Assembly (NCBI GenBank): GCA_031835245.2
Contig: JAVKOQ020000011.1
Coordinates: 124,001-188,000, forward strand
DNA length: 64,000 nucleotides
Origin: Balamuthia mandrillaris
Taxonomy: Eukaryota
Direction: 5' to 3'
Shown: positions 40,328 through 53,267 of the stretch, piece by piece
Layout: the number at the start of each line of letters is the position of its first letter
Position numbering within the stretch: the first letter of the stretch is position 1
Made by a program: the position numbers and the translations under genes
The notes under the pieces: generated by a model
What the model was told of the DNA's origin: nothing
Seen by the model: the letters and a program-made list of their open reading frames with translations, nothing else
Database searches by the model: none

Positions 40328-40855
40328 ACCACGCGCACAAACAACAACTTTACCGGTCTCTATTTACACGAACGTCTCCAACACACCTTTCCACATTGAA
40401 TCGTTCACACAGTGTCTTCCTTTGTTCGGCACAGCACGATGGACATACAACAAGGCCGCTGCATTGGCTCACGAACGGCCAGAGCCATGTCATCACGTAC
40501 GTTACCGATGACATCCTGCTGAAGACAAGCAATTTCCATCCTGTATGGTCTGCCTCTCGCGAGGAGGCATACCTCCAAGACCTGCGGCAAGTGCGGCCAA
40601 GTCCACCACCAGTTGGGGGGAAAACAAGACCTTCCGATGCCGTGGCTACCAGGCGGATAGAGGTGCAAACATCTTGATCCGCTTTTTACCTCACCTCCTC
40701 TTCTGTGAGGCGGCGGCGAGTTTGCTTGGCGGCAGCAAGCACTCTTGTATCTACTCTCATGTCTACTCTCACGTCTAGTCGACAATTTTTCAAATCAGGA
40801 CGTCGTGATGTACGTCGACAAAATAACAAACAGAAGAAAAAACCCACGCCGTGAC

Positions 40856-41059
40856 ATGACCATGGAAGAAGAAGGGAGCGGCAGAGCACTTTGGTGGCAA
40901 GCGCGGACGCTGGACGTGTGGGACTATTGTAAGCGGTGGCTGGTTGGACCCTTATTTCTTGGATTCGCCCTCGGATTAGGCCTAAGTTTCGGACGAAGCC
41001 TCTTCCTCAATACCGTCCTGCGAACGCAACGGCTGCTGCGGATCCGGGGGTCAAGCTAG
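40856..41059 (+). CDS. Small (67 aa) single-TM protein
   Basis: ATG follows two GTCGAC motifs; Gly-rich TM GPLFLGFALGLGLSFG, basic tail. Confidence 0.5.
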   Translation: MTMEEEGSGRALWWQARTLDVWDYCKRWLVGPLFLGFALGLGLSFGRSLFLNTVLRTQRLLRIRGSS

Positions 41060-41281
41060 AAACTTTTTTTTTCATCTGCTCCCACGCCATGTTTGAATTC
41101 TCTCTTCGCATGTGTATTTTTTGATAAAAACCCAAGCTGTATGGAGGTGGCACCACCAGCAGCAGACAAAACAGAAAGAAGCCCAATAATTCCGTGACGA
41201 CATGATTTGTCTCTAATGACGACACGAATCATTCCGTATTTTATTTTTTTATTTGGGGGGGGGCGAAACGCGCACCACAAA

Positions 41282-43520
41282 ATGAACCACAGAGGCAAAG
41301 GTTCTGCTGGAAGTGGTAGCAGCGCTTTGATGCTGCCCAGCGTCATCGATGATGATGATGATGGAGTGGACACGGTTGATCTCATCACGCCAGCAGCAGC
41401 AGAACGATCTTCACGACGAAAGGTTCGAATTGATTTGAGAGTGATTTCCCCAGCCCTTCAAAACGAAAAAAAAAAGCTTTGAAAACTCTCTTTACCTTTG
41501 TGTAACAACTACTTCTTCCACTTCTGTTGGCAACAGAAGAAGCGATGGGAGAACCTTTGGGAACAGGCTGAACCCTTTTTGCCGCAACTGTCTCGCGTGA
41601 CATGGGTGCTGATGCTCGTTTGGGCGCTCACCCTGTTTTGGTGCGAGTTCTATGCTTTCAGAAGCAGCGTGGCCGCTTGTGCTTGGCCTGATGCTACTGC
41701 ATTTAACTTCAAGACAGACTCTGAGGTCCTCTTCTTCTCTTTTTCTTTCTTGTCGTTTGCTCTGTTCTGTTCTGTTCTGTTCTGTTCTGTTCTGTTCTGT
41801 TCTGTTCTGTTCTGTTCTGTTCTGTTCTGTTCTGTTCTGTTCTGTTCTGTTCTGTTCTGTTCTGTTCTGTTCTGTTCTGTTCTGTTCTGTTCTGTTCTGT
41901 TCTGTTCTGAACGTAGTTTCTCTTTTGCTTTTTCTCTATCTCCACATCTCTCCTCTCTTCCAGCTCTCTCTTCTCTAATAAACAAATGCTCCACTCACAC
42001 TAAAACAGTTAGTTAGAACGGTACTAGTGGCAGACCCACAACTGACGGACAAGTACTCCTACAAGTTCGTGAAGGAGCCCTTTCTCGGAGTCTTGCAACA
42101 CTACTCCGACATCTACATGAGGAGAGGTTTCCAGGCGATACAGGACTTGCTACGGCCTTCTCACGTCTTCTTCTTGGGCGACCTTTTCGACTCAGCCAAA
42201 CGTATCACCAAAGAGGAGTACCACGAGGAGATGCTGCGCTACGAATGGGTGTTTGAGGTCACGCAGCCTGTCATGCGTGTGTATACCATTCCTGGTACAC
42301 CTGATCTTTTTTTTTTCGGTTGTTCAATGTGGTTTGTGGATATCCACTCCAACTGATAGGCTTCTTTGTTTCTTTGTTTCATTTTGTTAAAACGTTAAAG
42401 GCAATCATGACATCGGATATAAAATACCAAGAGTACCAGAACTAGTGCAGCAATACGTAGCCAACTTTGGTCCCCTCAACCAGAAGGTTAACGTTGGTGC
42501 ATTTGAGTTCATTCTCATCAGCGCCCCGAGCTATGACGATTCCACTGATCCTGTTGCCTATCAACAAACCAGAGACTTTGTAGAATCTTTGTCTGTTGGT
42601 AAGCTTGTCTCCCTTTCTTTTATTTCTCCATTTCTGTGTGACTGTCATCGAGCAAGCTTTCTTCCTCTTTTCTCCTTTATTTGTTTGGCTTCTTTCATTT
42701 TTTCGTTACTCACATGTGCCCAATACCATTAACAATACTTATAGAGCATAATCAACAACACAAACCACGAATCCTTCTTACGCATGTCCCTCTCTGGCGA
42801 GACACTGCCCAACAAAGCTGTGGGCCAGAGCGCCGCAAGCAAACTCCTATTCGAGAAGGCAAAGGTCATTCCTACACCAACCTATTGTCCCGGCAATCTT
42901 CCGAGACTATTCTTCGCGCCATTCAACCTGTGGCCATCTTCAGTGGAGATGATCACGACCATTGCGTGGTCTATCATCCTGTTCCTTCTTCTTCCTCTTC
43001 TCCGTCTGTGTCAAAACAACAAATGGCCCCAGAAAGAACACTTGGAACTTTTAGTTGGTTGCAAGGGAATCCGTGGCCTTCTTTTGGATTGATGTCCATC
43101 TTCTTGAGAGAAAGCAAACTACCACAACAAGAAGGAAGAGGAACAACGACGAAAAGAGAACCTGTCGTGTTGGTGAACATCTGCCAACTTCCGAACCAAC
43201 TTTCTATCTACGGGTGGTACCTTATTCTGGCCGTTCTTTCTGTCGTTCTTCCTCTTTTCTATCATTTCACTTGTGATTCCTGTCAGCGGCTTGTTTCAAT
43301 TCAACAACCATCATCTTCTCATTCGAGACATCAAGAATCTGTTCTTCCGCTCGTCTTATGTCCTACTTCATCTTCCTCGTCTTCAGCAACACTTTTGAAC
43401 AGCAATAACAATAATCTTACCAAGAAAAGATCAAAGAGAAATGCAGTCCTCAAGGAATTCGCCTTTTTGCTCTGTTCTGGCCTTTCGTTGCACCTTTTCT
43501 TTACTTGGCTGATTGCTTAG
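41282..43520 (+). CDS. Metallophosphoesterase MPPE1/Cdc1 family (GPI remodelling)
   Basis: N-terminal TM, ADPQL, FLGDLFD, PGNHDIG, LTHVPL, FSGDDHD, C-terminal TMs. Confidence 0.88.
41760..41909. repeat. (TTCTG)n intronic microsatellite
   Basis: Directly visible. Confidence 0.92.
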
Positions 43521-44153
43521 CACACAGTAACTCTCTTCTCTCTTCTCTCTTCTCTTCTCTCTTCTCTCTTCTCTCTTCTAAACAAGTTTTTTTTCTGTTT
43601 CCTCTCACTTTATTACAAAAGTGGGGAATCAGCAACAGCTGACAAATAGGAATAACGATACGACCATCGATAAAAACTGTGCATAGCACGTGCGGGTGGT
43701 GTTGATTTTAAAATGGTAACTCGATGAATTTCAATTTATCTTTGATTACCTTATTTAGACCTGTTTTTCAGTTCTTGTTAACATGAGTTATCTGTTTCAC
43801 TTCGAGCCCGATAGAAACAGATGTATGGAATGCACGGATGGAGAATGAACCAAATAAATAACAAAAGCTATAACGAGGTATGTCCTGAATTCTCTCCCCA
43901 TTTATTTCGCTCTCTCACTCGCTTGTGGAGATAAAGGACAAAAAGCACATAGTAATCCGAGGAATAATGGGGTGAACTGGTAAAAATAAGGAACCAGAAA
44001 GTGACTAGATGGATTATCTGAACATGAACACAGACAAACATATAAAAGCACCATCCCAAAACATCCATTCTCTCGTTCACAACTAAAACAAACAACCAAA
44101 CAAACAAACCGAAAAAAAATTACGAATCACAAATTCTTCTCTTACTGCACACT

Positions 44154-45784
44154 ATGACTCCGACTAAGACTCGAGCCATCGTCATTGCCAGTGCGTTACT
44201 TGCGACCTTCGCCTTTTGCGTTGCCACTGCTCTCGACGTCTCTGATTATGCTGATGTTTATGGTTATTTCTTCTTTCTCTTCCTCCTTTCTGGCTTGTCC
44301 TACTAACTTTCTTTTAAAATACCTCAGTCCGTTCTCGCGAATTACCTGCTGAACGTGAGTTCTTGACTGGAATCTCTTTCCGGCAACAACAAAGCTCTCA
44401 AAAGCGAACCGTTAACAACTCCCTCACATTCGACAGTCGCCATTCCCTCAGCCTCTCCTTCAAGGCACTACAGCGCCAATTCACGGCCTCACTCCACCAC
44501 AACGCCGAGCTGTGGCATCCCAAGGCTGTCATCTCTGTGTTAGATGGAGAGGGAGATCTCATCGACACTCATTCTGCGCAACTCGTCGGTAACAATGCCT
44601 ATCTTGGCGAGGCCACCATCGAGCACGAAGTGGAAGATGGGGGAATGAAGAAAAGGCGACAAGAGAAGGCGTTTGTCTCGGCGGTTGTTGTGGACTATGA
44701 ACGCGGCCTCTTTCACATGAGTATCATCTCTTCTTCGGAGGACGGGGATAACTTTGTGGTGGAGCCTACCTACCTTCATCACTCTGGTGCTGAGGAGAGG
44801 CGACGAAGAGGAGAGATCAACCACGAAGAAGAGGAGCTCCTCTTGGGAGAAAACATGGTTGTCTACAAGGAGAACGTGTTGGACCTCACAAGCATGGTCG
44901 ATGACGCGAAGAGGAACGACAACGAAGAAGCAGCTGAACACTGTGGCAACGACGTCAAGCTCGAAGCTGAAGACGATGGCGGCGATGCCGACTTGTTTGA
45001 TGACGTGAGCCCCACTGGGAGATGTCCTCCCGCTGACGATACCTATCTTCTCGTTGGCGTGGCCACCGACAACCAGTACACACGCCAGGCCGGAGGAGTT
45101 ACTGGCACTCGCAACACCGTCTCCTGGATCTTCAACACCATGCAAGGTCATTTCTACCGCGCCGTGCGCAACAAGCCCGTCCTCAAGTCGTTGGTCATCC
45201 ACGTCAGCGCCTCTTCCTCCTCCTCTTCCTCCTCCTTCAACAGCCGCTCCTGCCCTTCCTCCATTCAGTCCCGTCTCACTCCGTTTTGTGTGTGGAGAGC
45301 CCGTCAGAGGGACAGCTCCATCGGCCTGTGGCATTTGTTATCAGGATGCCTGCCGGACCGACAGAGAATCGCGGGACGGGCCTATTACAGCTCCATCTGC
45401 CAGGACAACACGAGGGGGTGTGGCATCAGCGGATACCTAGGAGGCAATGCGCGTTGGGTTGTGCCCACACATGAGATCGGGCATAACTTCGGAGCAAGGC
45501 CTGGCAGCGAGATCATGAGCCCTTACGTCAACCCCAGCGCGGACGGCTTCTCCGACGACTCCATCAGGGAGATGTGCTACTACACCTTCCGCAGGTACTC
45601 CCGCACTCATTGCCTGCTTAGCAAGCTGCCCGACGACCATGACGTGCCGGACGGGGGAGACGAGGATGATGATGGTCAAGGCCAGTGCGAATGCAGGGAC
45701 GACAACGACAACAACCTGAACAAAGAGGACTCCGGAGCGCAAGCCACGGTTGGAAGCAGCGTTCTCATAGAGGCCATCTTCTAA
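44154..45784 (+). CDS. Secreted reprolysin/ADAM-like (M12B) metalloprotease-like protein; 2 exons
   Basis: Signal peptide, prodomain ending in HCG, LLVGVATD, GLWHLLSGC, IAGRAY..SIC, HEIGHNFGA, Met-turn IMSP. Confidence 0.75.
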
Positions 45785-45832
45785 ACGAGTGAACCAGCGT
45801 TCTCATAGAGGCCATCTTCTAAACGAGTGAAC
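45757..45832. repeat. Perfect 38-bp tandem duplication spanning the protease stop codon
   Basis: cagcgttctcatagaggccatcttctaaacgagtgaac x2. Confidence 0.92.
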
Positions 45833-46463
45833 CCCGCTCCACTTGTTACTATTTGTGCAGCCGACTTAACCACTTTTGTTTGTACGCTTTTTTTTTTCTT
45901 GTAAAGCCAAAAAATAATTATTGTTGATCTGATCTATTTCTTTGAATCGTAAGATCGATCAAAGATCGTAACAAACCAATACCAAATTTTTGTCGACTGG
46001 ATAATGTCGACATTTTTGGACCACCAAAGACAAAAAAAAGTAGGAAAGGAGCGAGAAGGCAGAAAAGAGTAGCGGCTTGTCCCTTCTATTTTTTTATTTT
46101 TTATCATTTGCTTTGCCTTGCCGTTGGCAGATCTTGTTCTTCCGGAAAAAAAAAGTAGCAGTTTTGCACTTCTAGGTATGTGAATCGTAGTGAAGATGAT
46201 GGAAGAGAGATGATTCGATTTTATTTTTATTTTTTAATTTTCCGGTTTCGGAAACAAAATGTATTCGTTTTTACAATGAGGACATGATTGTCTGTGCACC
46301 TTTTGTGTGTTCCTCTTCCTCCTTTGTTGTACGGATCATGTTTCTAAACTGAATTCACACTCCCAATCACAATTAGTATTTTTTGCGCCTTTGATTTTCC
46401 ATTTATTTTTGTTCTCACACTATTCCCCCCCCCCAAAAAAAAAGACATTAAAAACAAACAACA

Positions 46464-48243
46464 ATGACCTCCGTACTTCGCCTGCCTTGTGCCGCTCCCC
46501 TGCGCCAAGCTGCCTCCAGCAGGGTGCTTTGCGGAACTGCCGCTGCTACCGCCTCTCTGCGTCGCTTCTCTGCTTCTTCCTTGGTTGCGCCCTCTTCTTC
46601 TCATCTCCTCCGCACCCGCACACCCACTTCCCACATCTTGCGCAGCTCTCGGGCATTGCGAAATGGTTTCTTGCTCTCCTCCTTTTTGTGTTTCCCTCTT
46701 CTATGTTCTCTATGGCTCTCTCTTTGCAAACTGCAGCTCACCTACCACGTTTTCTCAACCACTAAAAAGGGATGAAGTACTCCACTACGGACAAGTACAG
46801 TCGAGAAAAGCCTCACATGAACATTTGTACAATCGGACACGTTGATCACGGCAAGACCACGCTTACCGCCGCTATCACCAAAGTTCTGGCCACCAAAGGC
46901 CAGGCCAAGTTCGTGGACTATAAGCAGATCGACAAGGCCCCCGAGGAAATCCGTCGTGGTATCACCATTAACTCTGCCCACGTAGAGTACGACTCTGGCA
47001 AGAGGCACTACGCCCACACTGACAACCCCGGTCACGCTGAATTCATCAAGAACATGATTACCGGTACCGCCCTCACTGATGGTTGTATTCTGGTCGTGGA
47101 CGCCTCCACCGGACCTATGCCCCAGACCAAAGAACACATCCTGCTCGCCAAACAAGTGGGTGTGCAGCACGTCGTCATCTGGCTGAACAAGTGCGACCTC
47201 GTCCCCGACAAGGAGCTTTTGGACATGGTGGAGATGGAGATCCGTGAGGAGCTCACTAGGCAGGGCTTCCCTGGAGACGCTTCGCCCTGCATCCATGGCT
47301 CCGCCCTGGAGGCTCTTGAGGGCAAGAACACTGAGTACGGTGTCCCCGCAATTGAAAAGCTCATTGATGCTGTGGACTCGTACTTGCCTCTCCCTGAACG
47401 TCCTGTTGACAAGCCCTTCCTCATGGCCATTGAGAACTTGTATCAGATTGCCGGTCGTGGCTCTGTCGCTACCGGTATGTAGCTTTACTTTTGCTCGTTC
47501 AGTTCTTGTGGTTCTTAACCCTTTTTCGCTTTTTTACGTTTGGTTTTGTTTTATGTTTTTAGGTGTGGTGGAACAGGGCAAAATCAAAGTTGGTGATGAG
47601 TTGGAGGTTGTTGGCATGAAGACTGACTTTAAGAAGCTGAAGGCGGTCTGCACCGGCGTGCAGACCTTCCACAAGAGTCTCGAGTTTGGTCAGGCCGGAG
47701 ACAGCATTGGTGTTCTTCTCCGTGGTCCCGACAAGGACGAGCTCACCAGAGGTCAAGTGCTTGCCGCTCCTAACACCGTCACTGCTCACAAGGCCATCGA
47801 AAGTATGTTTCTCTTTCCTCTCTCCTCTTACTCTTTCTTTCTTGTCGTTTCTTGTCGTTTCTTTCTTTCTTTTTCTTGGTCTTTTCTCTCTTCCTTCGTT
47901 TCATTTCACTAACAAACCAAAAACAAAAACAGCACAAGTATACATTTTGACAGCGGACGAAGGAGGCCGACGCACTCCCTTCGCCTCGGGCTACGCCCCA
48001 CAACTCTTCTTCCGAACGGCCAACGTGACGGGCGTGGTCGAGATGGACAAAGGCGTGATGGGCGTTCCCGGAGAGAACGTCAACATGAAGTTTGACCTGC
48101 AGAAGGCAGTGGCTTTGCAGGAGGGACTCAAGTTCTCGGTGCGTGAGGGCAACATGACGGTCGGCGCTGGCGTCGTCACCAAGATCTTGGACAGCGGCGC
48201 TGACTCGGACGGCAAGAAGAGCAAAGCCTCCAAGAAGAAGTAA
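46464..48243 (+). CDS. TUFM: Mitochondrial elongation factor Tu (nuclear-encoded, 4 exons)
   Basis: Arg/Ser/Ala-rich presequence exon; [50 protein letters not shown]. Confidence 0.95.
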
Positions 48244-48447
48244 AAAAAGAAAAAGAAAAAGGAAGGAAGGAAAGGAACTCGTTTCCCCTATTCTTTTTCA
48301 CTTTCGCTAAAAAAAAAAAGGTTTCGTTTTTCTTCAAAAAGCTATTTGTTTGGTTTGTTTGGTTTGGGTTGAAAGAAACGAAAGAAAAAGGTACAACAAA
48401 AAAAAAAAAAGAGAGAGAGAAGTAGAAAGAAACGCTTCTTTTTTTTT

Positions 48448-49186
48448 TTAGGGTTTTTGTTGTTGCAGCCTCTCTTGTCTCAACCGGTCCTTTTCCTTGG
48501 CTACCTCTAATTCGTACCACTTGTTCCTTCGCGCCGCTCTGGTGGTTTTTTTTTTTTCGTTAGCGGGCTGGTCGAAACGAAAAGAATGAAGACAGGGTAG
48601 GCGAGCAGAGAGAATGATAAGAAAAGAGAGAATGAGAAGAGGAGAGTGTAGAGCTAGAGTTTGTGTCGTGGAAGAGAGAACGCGAGAAGAGCAGAAAGAG
48701 AACAAGGAGAAGGAGGAATGGAAAAGAGTAGGCGTGCGGGAGGGAGGGAGGGAGAGAGAGAGAGAGACAGAGAGAGAGACAGAGAGAAGAGAAAACGGAG
48801 CAGGACAAACTCTTTCATTTCGCAGGAGTCATAGGCGTGTCTTTCGTGGGTGCACTTCCAGGGCAGATAAAAGTGGTGCTCTCGGCACTGAGTGAGGGTG
48901 ACGAGAAGGTCTGCGCAAAAGTCTCGGGATCCAAGAGGAATGTTGTGTCGGTTCATTTCTTCCTCCGTCAGCGGCAATACTTTTTTGTCAAAAAAAAAAA
49001 AAATACCGCACGATGAGGGAAAAGCAAACAAACAAAAACCAAAGGAATAAATTGTGTTGTTTTTTTTTTGTTAAAAAAAAAATCATCAAATCAGTTCTGC
49101 TTCGAAGAAAGCCGGATGTCAGTACCTCGCTTCTGGTAAATCTCTTCCTCGGTAAACTCGAATGGGCCTTCCTTCAAACTCGCCAT
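48448..49186 (-). CDS. NDUFB7: Complex I subunit NDUFB7/B18; 3 exons
   Basis: TEEEMNRHNIPLGSRDFCADLLVTLTQCREHHFYLPWKCTHERHAYDSC twin CX9C signature. Confidence 0.9.
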
Positions 49187-49283
49187 CTTTGGTGCCACAC
49201 AAACGTAGGAGGGGTTGGTAAGCCACGGGTCCTTGTTCTTCTGTGTGTGTTGTTATTTTTTTTCTTTCGCTGTGCAAAATTCT

Positions 49284-49311
49284 GTCGACATCAGGTCGAC
49301 ATATCGTCGAC
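49284..49311. promoter_or_regulatory. Three GTCGAC motifs at 11-bp spacing in the divergent NDUFB7/coiled-coil promoter
   Basis: GTCGAC at 49284, 49295 and 49306. Confidence 0.6.
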
Positions 49312-49408
49312 GGAAAATGTCGGCAACAAATAATGTGGCGGGGTTCCATCTGGATGGCAGATGTGGCAAAAATAATCAACAAAAAAGAAAGAAAGAAAAG
49401 AAAGAGCG

Positions 49409-50740
49409 ATGGATGGCGCTTCTTCTGTTGCCGCGACAGCGAATGGAGCTGGTGGCGGTGGGAGAAAGGGCAAGGCCGTCGTCGTAAAAGGCAAGACGGA
49501 GGATGCAGCAGCAGCAGCGGGGGCGGCGGAGGATCTTTATTTGTACAAAGTTTTGGAGAGGGAGAGCATCGGCCGCGAGGAGGCCCGCAAGCTGTGGAAG
49601 GAAGGGCGCGTCACGGGACTGTTTAACCTGCCTACGGAGGAGCTCTTCGAGGCCTGCAAAGACTTTGGCATCAAGATAAAGGCATGTGAATACACCAACG
49701 AGTTACAGCTGCTACAACGTACTTCTTCTCTTGCCGCTCTTGCCTTCTCTTTCGTTGCTTCGCTTTCCTAACACGCTTAAGCTGACTTCTAGAAGAGAAC
49801 GAGAAACTGAAGCAGCGGCTGAAACTACGAATACAGCAGGACGTGGAAAAGCAGAGGGTGTTGGAGGAGGTCAAGCAGGCCCTCTCTAGCGCTGCCGAGC
49901 GACAGCTGCTGCAGGAGGAAGAACAGGAGAGCAGAGCGAAGGACTGGGCACAGACGAAGAAGACGCTTTTGGCGGAACAGCGCAAACTACGTAAAGAAAA
50001 GAAAACGCTCGAGGAAGATAACCAACGTTACCTCGTACGTTTTTTTTCTTGTCATGTTTTCTTCTTGTCCTTGTTCTTCTTTTGCTCTTTGCTCTCTGCT
50101 CTTTGCTCTCTGCTCTCTGCTCTCTGCTCTCTGCTCTCTGCTCTCTGCTCTCTGCTCTCTGCTCTCTGCTCTCTGCTCTCTGCTCTCTGCTCTCTGCTCT
50201 CTGCTCTCTGCTCTCTGCTCTCTGCTCTCTGCTCTCTGCTCTCTTGCTCTCTGCTCTCTGCTCTCTGCTCTCTCCTCTCTGCTCTCTGCTCTCTGCTCTC
50301 TCCTCTCTGCTCTCGCTCTTCCGTTGTTTCTTTCATTCTCACTTTTCATGTCAATCTGCTTTGCTTACGCTTTGAAAAAAAAAAAAAAACAAATGCAGAG
50401 GGAAGAACAACGGTGGAAAGAGCAACAACTCCAAATGCAGAAAGAGATAGCAGAGCTACAAAAACAGATGGACGACATGAGAGCCGAACAGAAACACATA
50501 CTTCAAGCCGAACGAAAGTTCCAAGAGCAATTGGCACAGGAGAACAAGCACTTGAGGAGCCTTGTGGACAAGGCGCATAAAGAGAACGAAGAGCTGAAAC
50601 TCACCCAACACATCTCTCAAACGGATCATCTAAACCGAAAGTTGCTCGAGTCGTTCATGATCAACATGGACTCCATTGAGCATGCTTGGGATGAGAACGA
50701 CGAGGATGAGTGGAAGGATGATGAAGAAGGAGAAACATGA
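49409..50740 (+). CDS. Uncharacterised coiled-coil protein; 3 exons
   Basis: Three spliceable ORF blocks rich in E/Q/K/L heptads. Confidence 0.6.
50085..50315. repeat. (CTCTGCT)n intronic heptamer repeat
   Basis: Directly visible. Confidence 0.92.
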
Positions 50741-50783
50741 TCTTCTTTCTGGAACAAAAAAAAAAAGAACAAAAGAGAAAGGC

Positions 50784-52428
50784 CTATGTCCGATGACTCT
50801 GCTTGCTTTTCTTTTTTGGTGTGGTCTTCTTCCTGCCAGCAGCTTGTTTGCTCCTTTGCAGCTCGCTAAACTTGCGTTTGGCCCACTGACGAGCCTGCTC
50901 GTCGGCCATGACCTCCTCCACGATGGTCCTCTTCCGGTCTCGCTTCGGAATGCGAGATGAATAAAAGTCTGTCGGTCCATCCACTATTGTTCCTATCTGT
51001 TTGTGTGTTAAAAACAGGGATGGAAAGACGAGGCAGAGAGAAGGAAAAGTCCGTGCCTGGAAGTATTTTGGCCCTCGCTTGGGGATGCGCTTGTAGTGGT
51101 GCTTCGGGTCCATGTAGTTTCGCAAACGGATCATCTGAAGATCCCTCTTAAGCTCCGCTGTCATCTCGGGAGCTGGCAGGTCGAACCATCCTCTTCCCGC
51201 CGTCTCTGGCTTCTTTTCCTTCTTCTTCTCTTTGCGGGAGTCCAAAGGTGGAGCCGTTTCTCTTTTGTGCAAAGCAGGGATCAAGCTTTCTTTCAACAGG
51301 CTGTCCACTTGGGAACCTACTTGCAAAGTAACGGCAGTGCGAGTGCGCAATTTGCCAGAGTGATAGTCTTCCTCCTCTTCTTCGTTGTGTGCTTTGCCTC
51401 GTCTTCCTTCATCCAGTTGTGCTTTGGCTTTGGGAGTGAGATAGAGCTCCGTGTCTTCTAGCCCACTTTGCAGTTTCCTGTAGCGAGAGAGAGAGAGAGA
51501 AGGGGTAAGTAAAAGGGCAATAGAGAAAAAGAGAGAATGCGAAAGAGAGGAGGAGAGAAAGAAGAGTACGTAGTGTGAGATCTATTGCGCTCTCGAATGC
51601 GTTGAAACTCTTGAGAAATGGAGGAACCACGCTCACCGGCATCACCGCCACCCTTTGTCCTATTATATGTCGGGTGTTGTGTGTGCGCGTGTGTTTTTTG
51701 TGTGTTGTGAGAGGCGTGCCTCTCTCGGAGCTGAAACAAAAAAGTACGCACATTGTTTGCAAGTGTTTGTTCAGGGAGAGTGTTGCTGCTTGCAATATTT
51801 CATCCAACTCAGTTTCTTCTTCTTCTTCTTCTTCTTCTTGTTCTTCTTCTTCCTCTTCTTCTTCTTCTGCTTCTTCTTCTTCTACTTCTTCTACTTTTTG
51901 TTTTTCTATTTGTACTGTTTGCACTTGTTCCACTTTTTGCTCTTCTTCCTCTTCATCGATGTGCCTCTCTTCCTTTTCTTTCTTCAAGTCGACGTTGCGC
52001 TGAGTGGGTTTGGGTTTACGTTGTTGTCGCTTGTTCCTCTTTCCCATTTTGTCGCTCTCTTGTTCCGCTGTCTCCTCGAGCGGTGTTTCTTCTCTCACTG
52101 CCGATTGCTGATCCCTCTGCTGTTCCTCTGCGTTTTCTTCCTCCGGATTTAAAATGTCTTCTTCCTCTCCTTTTTGTTGGTCTTCCAGGATAGCTTCTCT
52201 CAGCCGCTTCACGAGCTGGCTCTTCAGTCCGCTGGTTCTTCGGCCTCTCCTTCTCAGCTGCACCCGGACCTGGTCTCTGGTCAAGGAGTTTATCGCGGCA
52301 AGCTCTTCTTCCGCTGTTGCAGTTGCCTCACAGGTTCGTTGGCCTTCTTCTACCACTTGTTGCTTCTGTTTCGCGTCGCAGTCGGAGGAGGAGGAGGAGG
52401 GACAAGCTCGTCTTGTTCTTCTTCTCAT
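50784..52428 (-). CDS. FCF2: Fcf2/DNTTIP2 pre-rRNA processing protein with N-terminal SAP domain
   Basis: TAGRGWFDLPAPEMTAELKRDLQMIRLRNYMDPKHHYK, PKYFQIGTIVDGPTDFYSSRI; SAP LTRDQVRVQLRRRGRRTSGLKSQLVKRL; start inferred at ATG 52428. Confidence 0.85.
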
Positions 52429-52496
52429 CACACACCGTTTTTTTTTTCCGTTCTTTTCTTTTTCTTTGTTGTCGACAAAAATTCCAGACACATTTC

Positions 52497-52597
<101 letters not shown>

Positions 52598-53267
52598 TTC
52601 TTATCATCAAGGAGACCCTGGCTAGAGGGGGGAGTGTCGGCCGAGAGGAGTTGGTCCATCACGTGCTTTCCTCTCTTCGGCAAGGTTTAACGCTCCCTCC
52701 TTGCTTTGTTGTCTGGCCGCTGATATTCTTCAGGGTTTGCGCTACCACAGAATTTTGCTTCCGGTGAGAGCAGCCTAATCTCGTTCCGCCGCTTCAGCAC
52801 TTTCAAGACTTGTTTTTGTAGCAGTTGCTCTGCAAAGCATCTTCTCGCACGGCCTTTGACGCCGCGCCTCTAACCCTTTTTCGCACTTATTTTATTTAAC
52901 ATGCTCGCCAGAATCCATTGCAACTATGGCATGGATATCCTCGTCCCAGGGGCAAACCTTCGCGAAGCCACTCGCGTGCATCCAAGCATGTGCTCCTTCT
53001 GTTGCTGCTGCTGCTGCCCAGGGAAAGCTTCCAGCTCGACCGCTTGGTACGCCACAATGCCTGACGTCATTTCCAGTAATGTCGTCACGATGAAACTCAA
53101 TTGTGTCGACCTACAAATGGACCTGTTTTCGTGCTCCATTTGAGGAAAGTCAGTGAACCATCTGACCGGGTCATCACGTCAACTCGTCCACCAATTGGTC
53201 TCCCTCCCGTGGAGGGGAAGAAAGAAGAAAGGCGCAGCAACACAGCACCACCACAGCAAAGCACCAA

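Noticed and set aside
40350..40790. Short ORFs between ATAD2 and the small TM gene
   Set aside because: No recognisable motif or consistent splice model
52866..52880. CTAACCCT telomerase-template-like word
   Set aside because: An 8-mer expected by chance, with no supporting structure seen
53142..53151. GAGGAAAGTC RNase P/MRP CR-I-like motif
   Set aside because: No matching CR-V downstream before the LSm6 start
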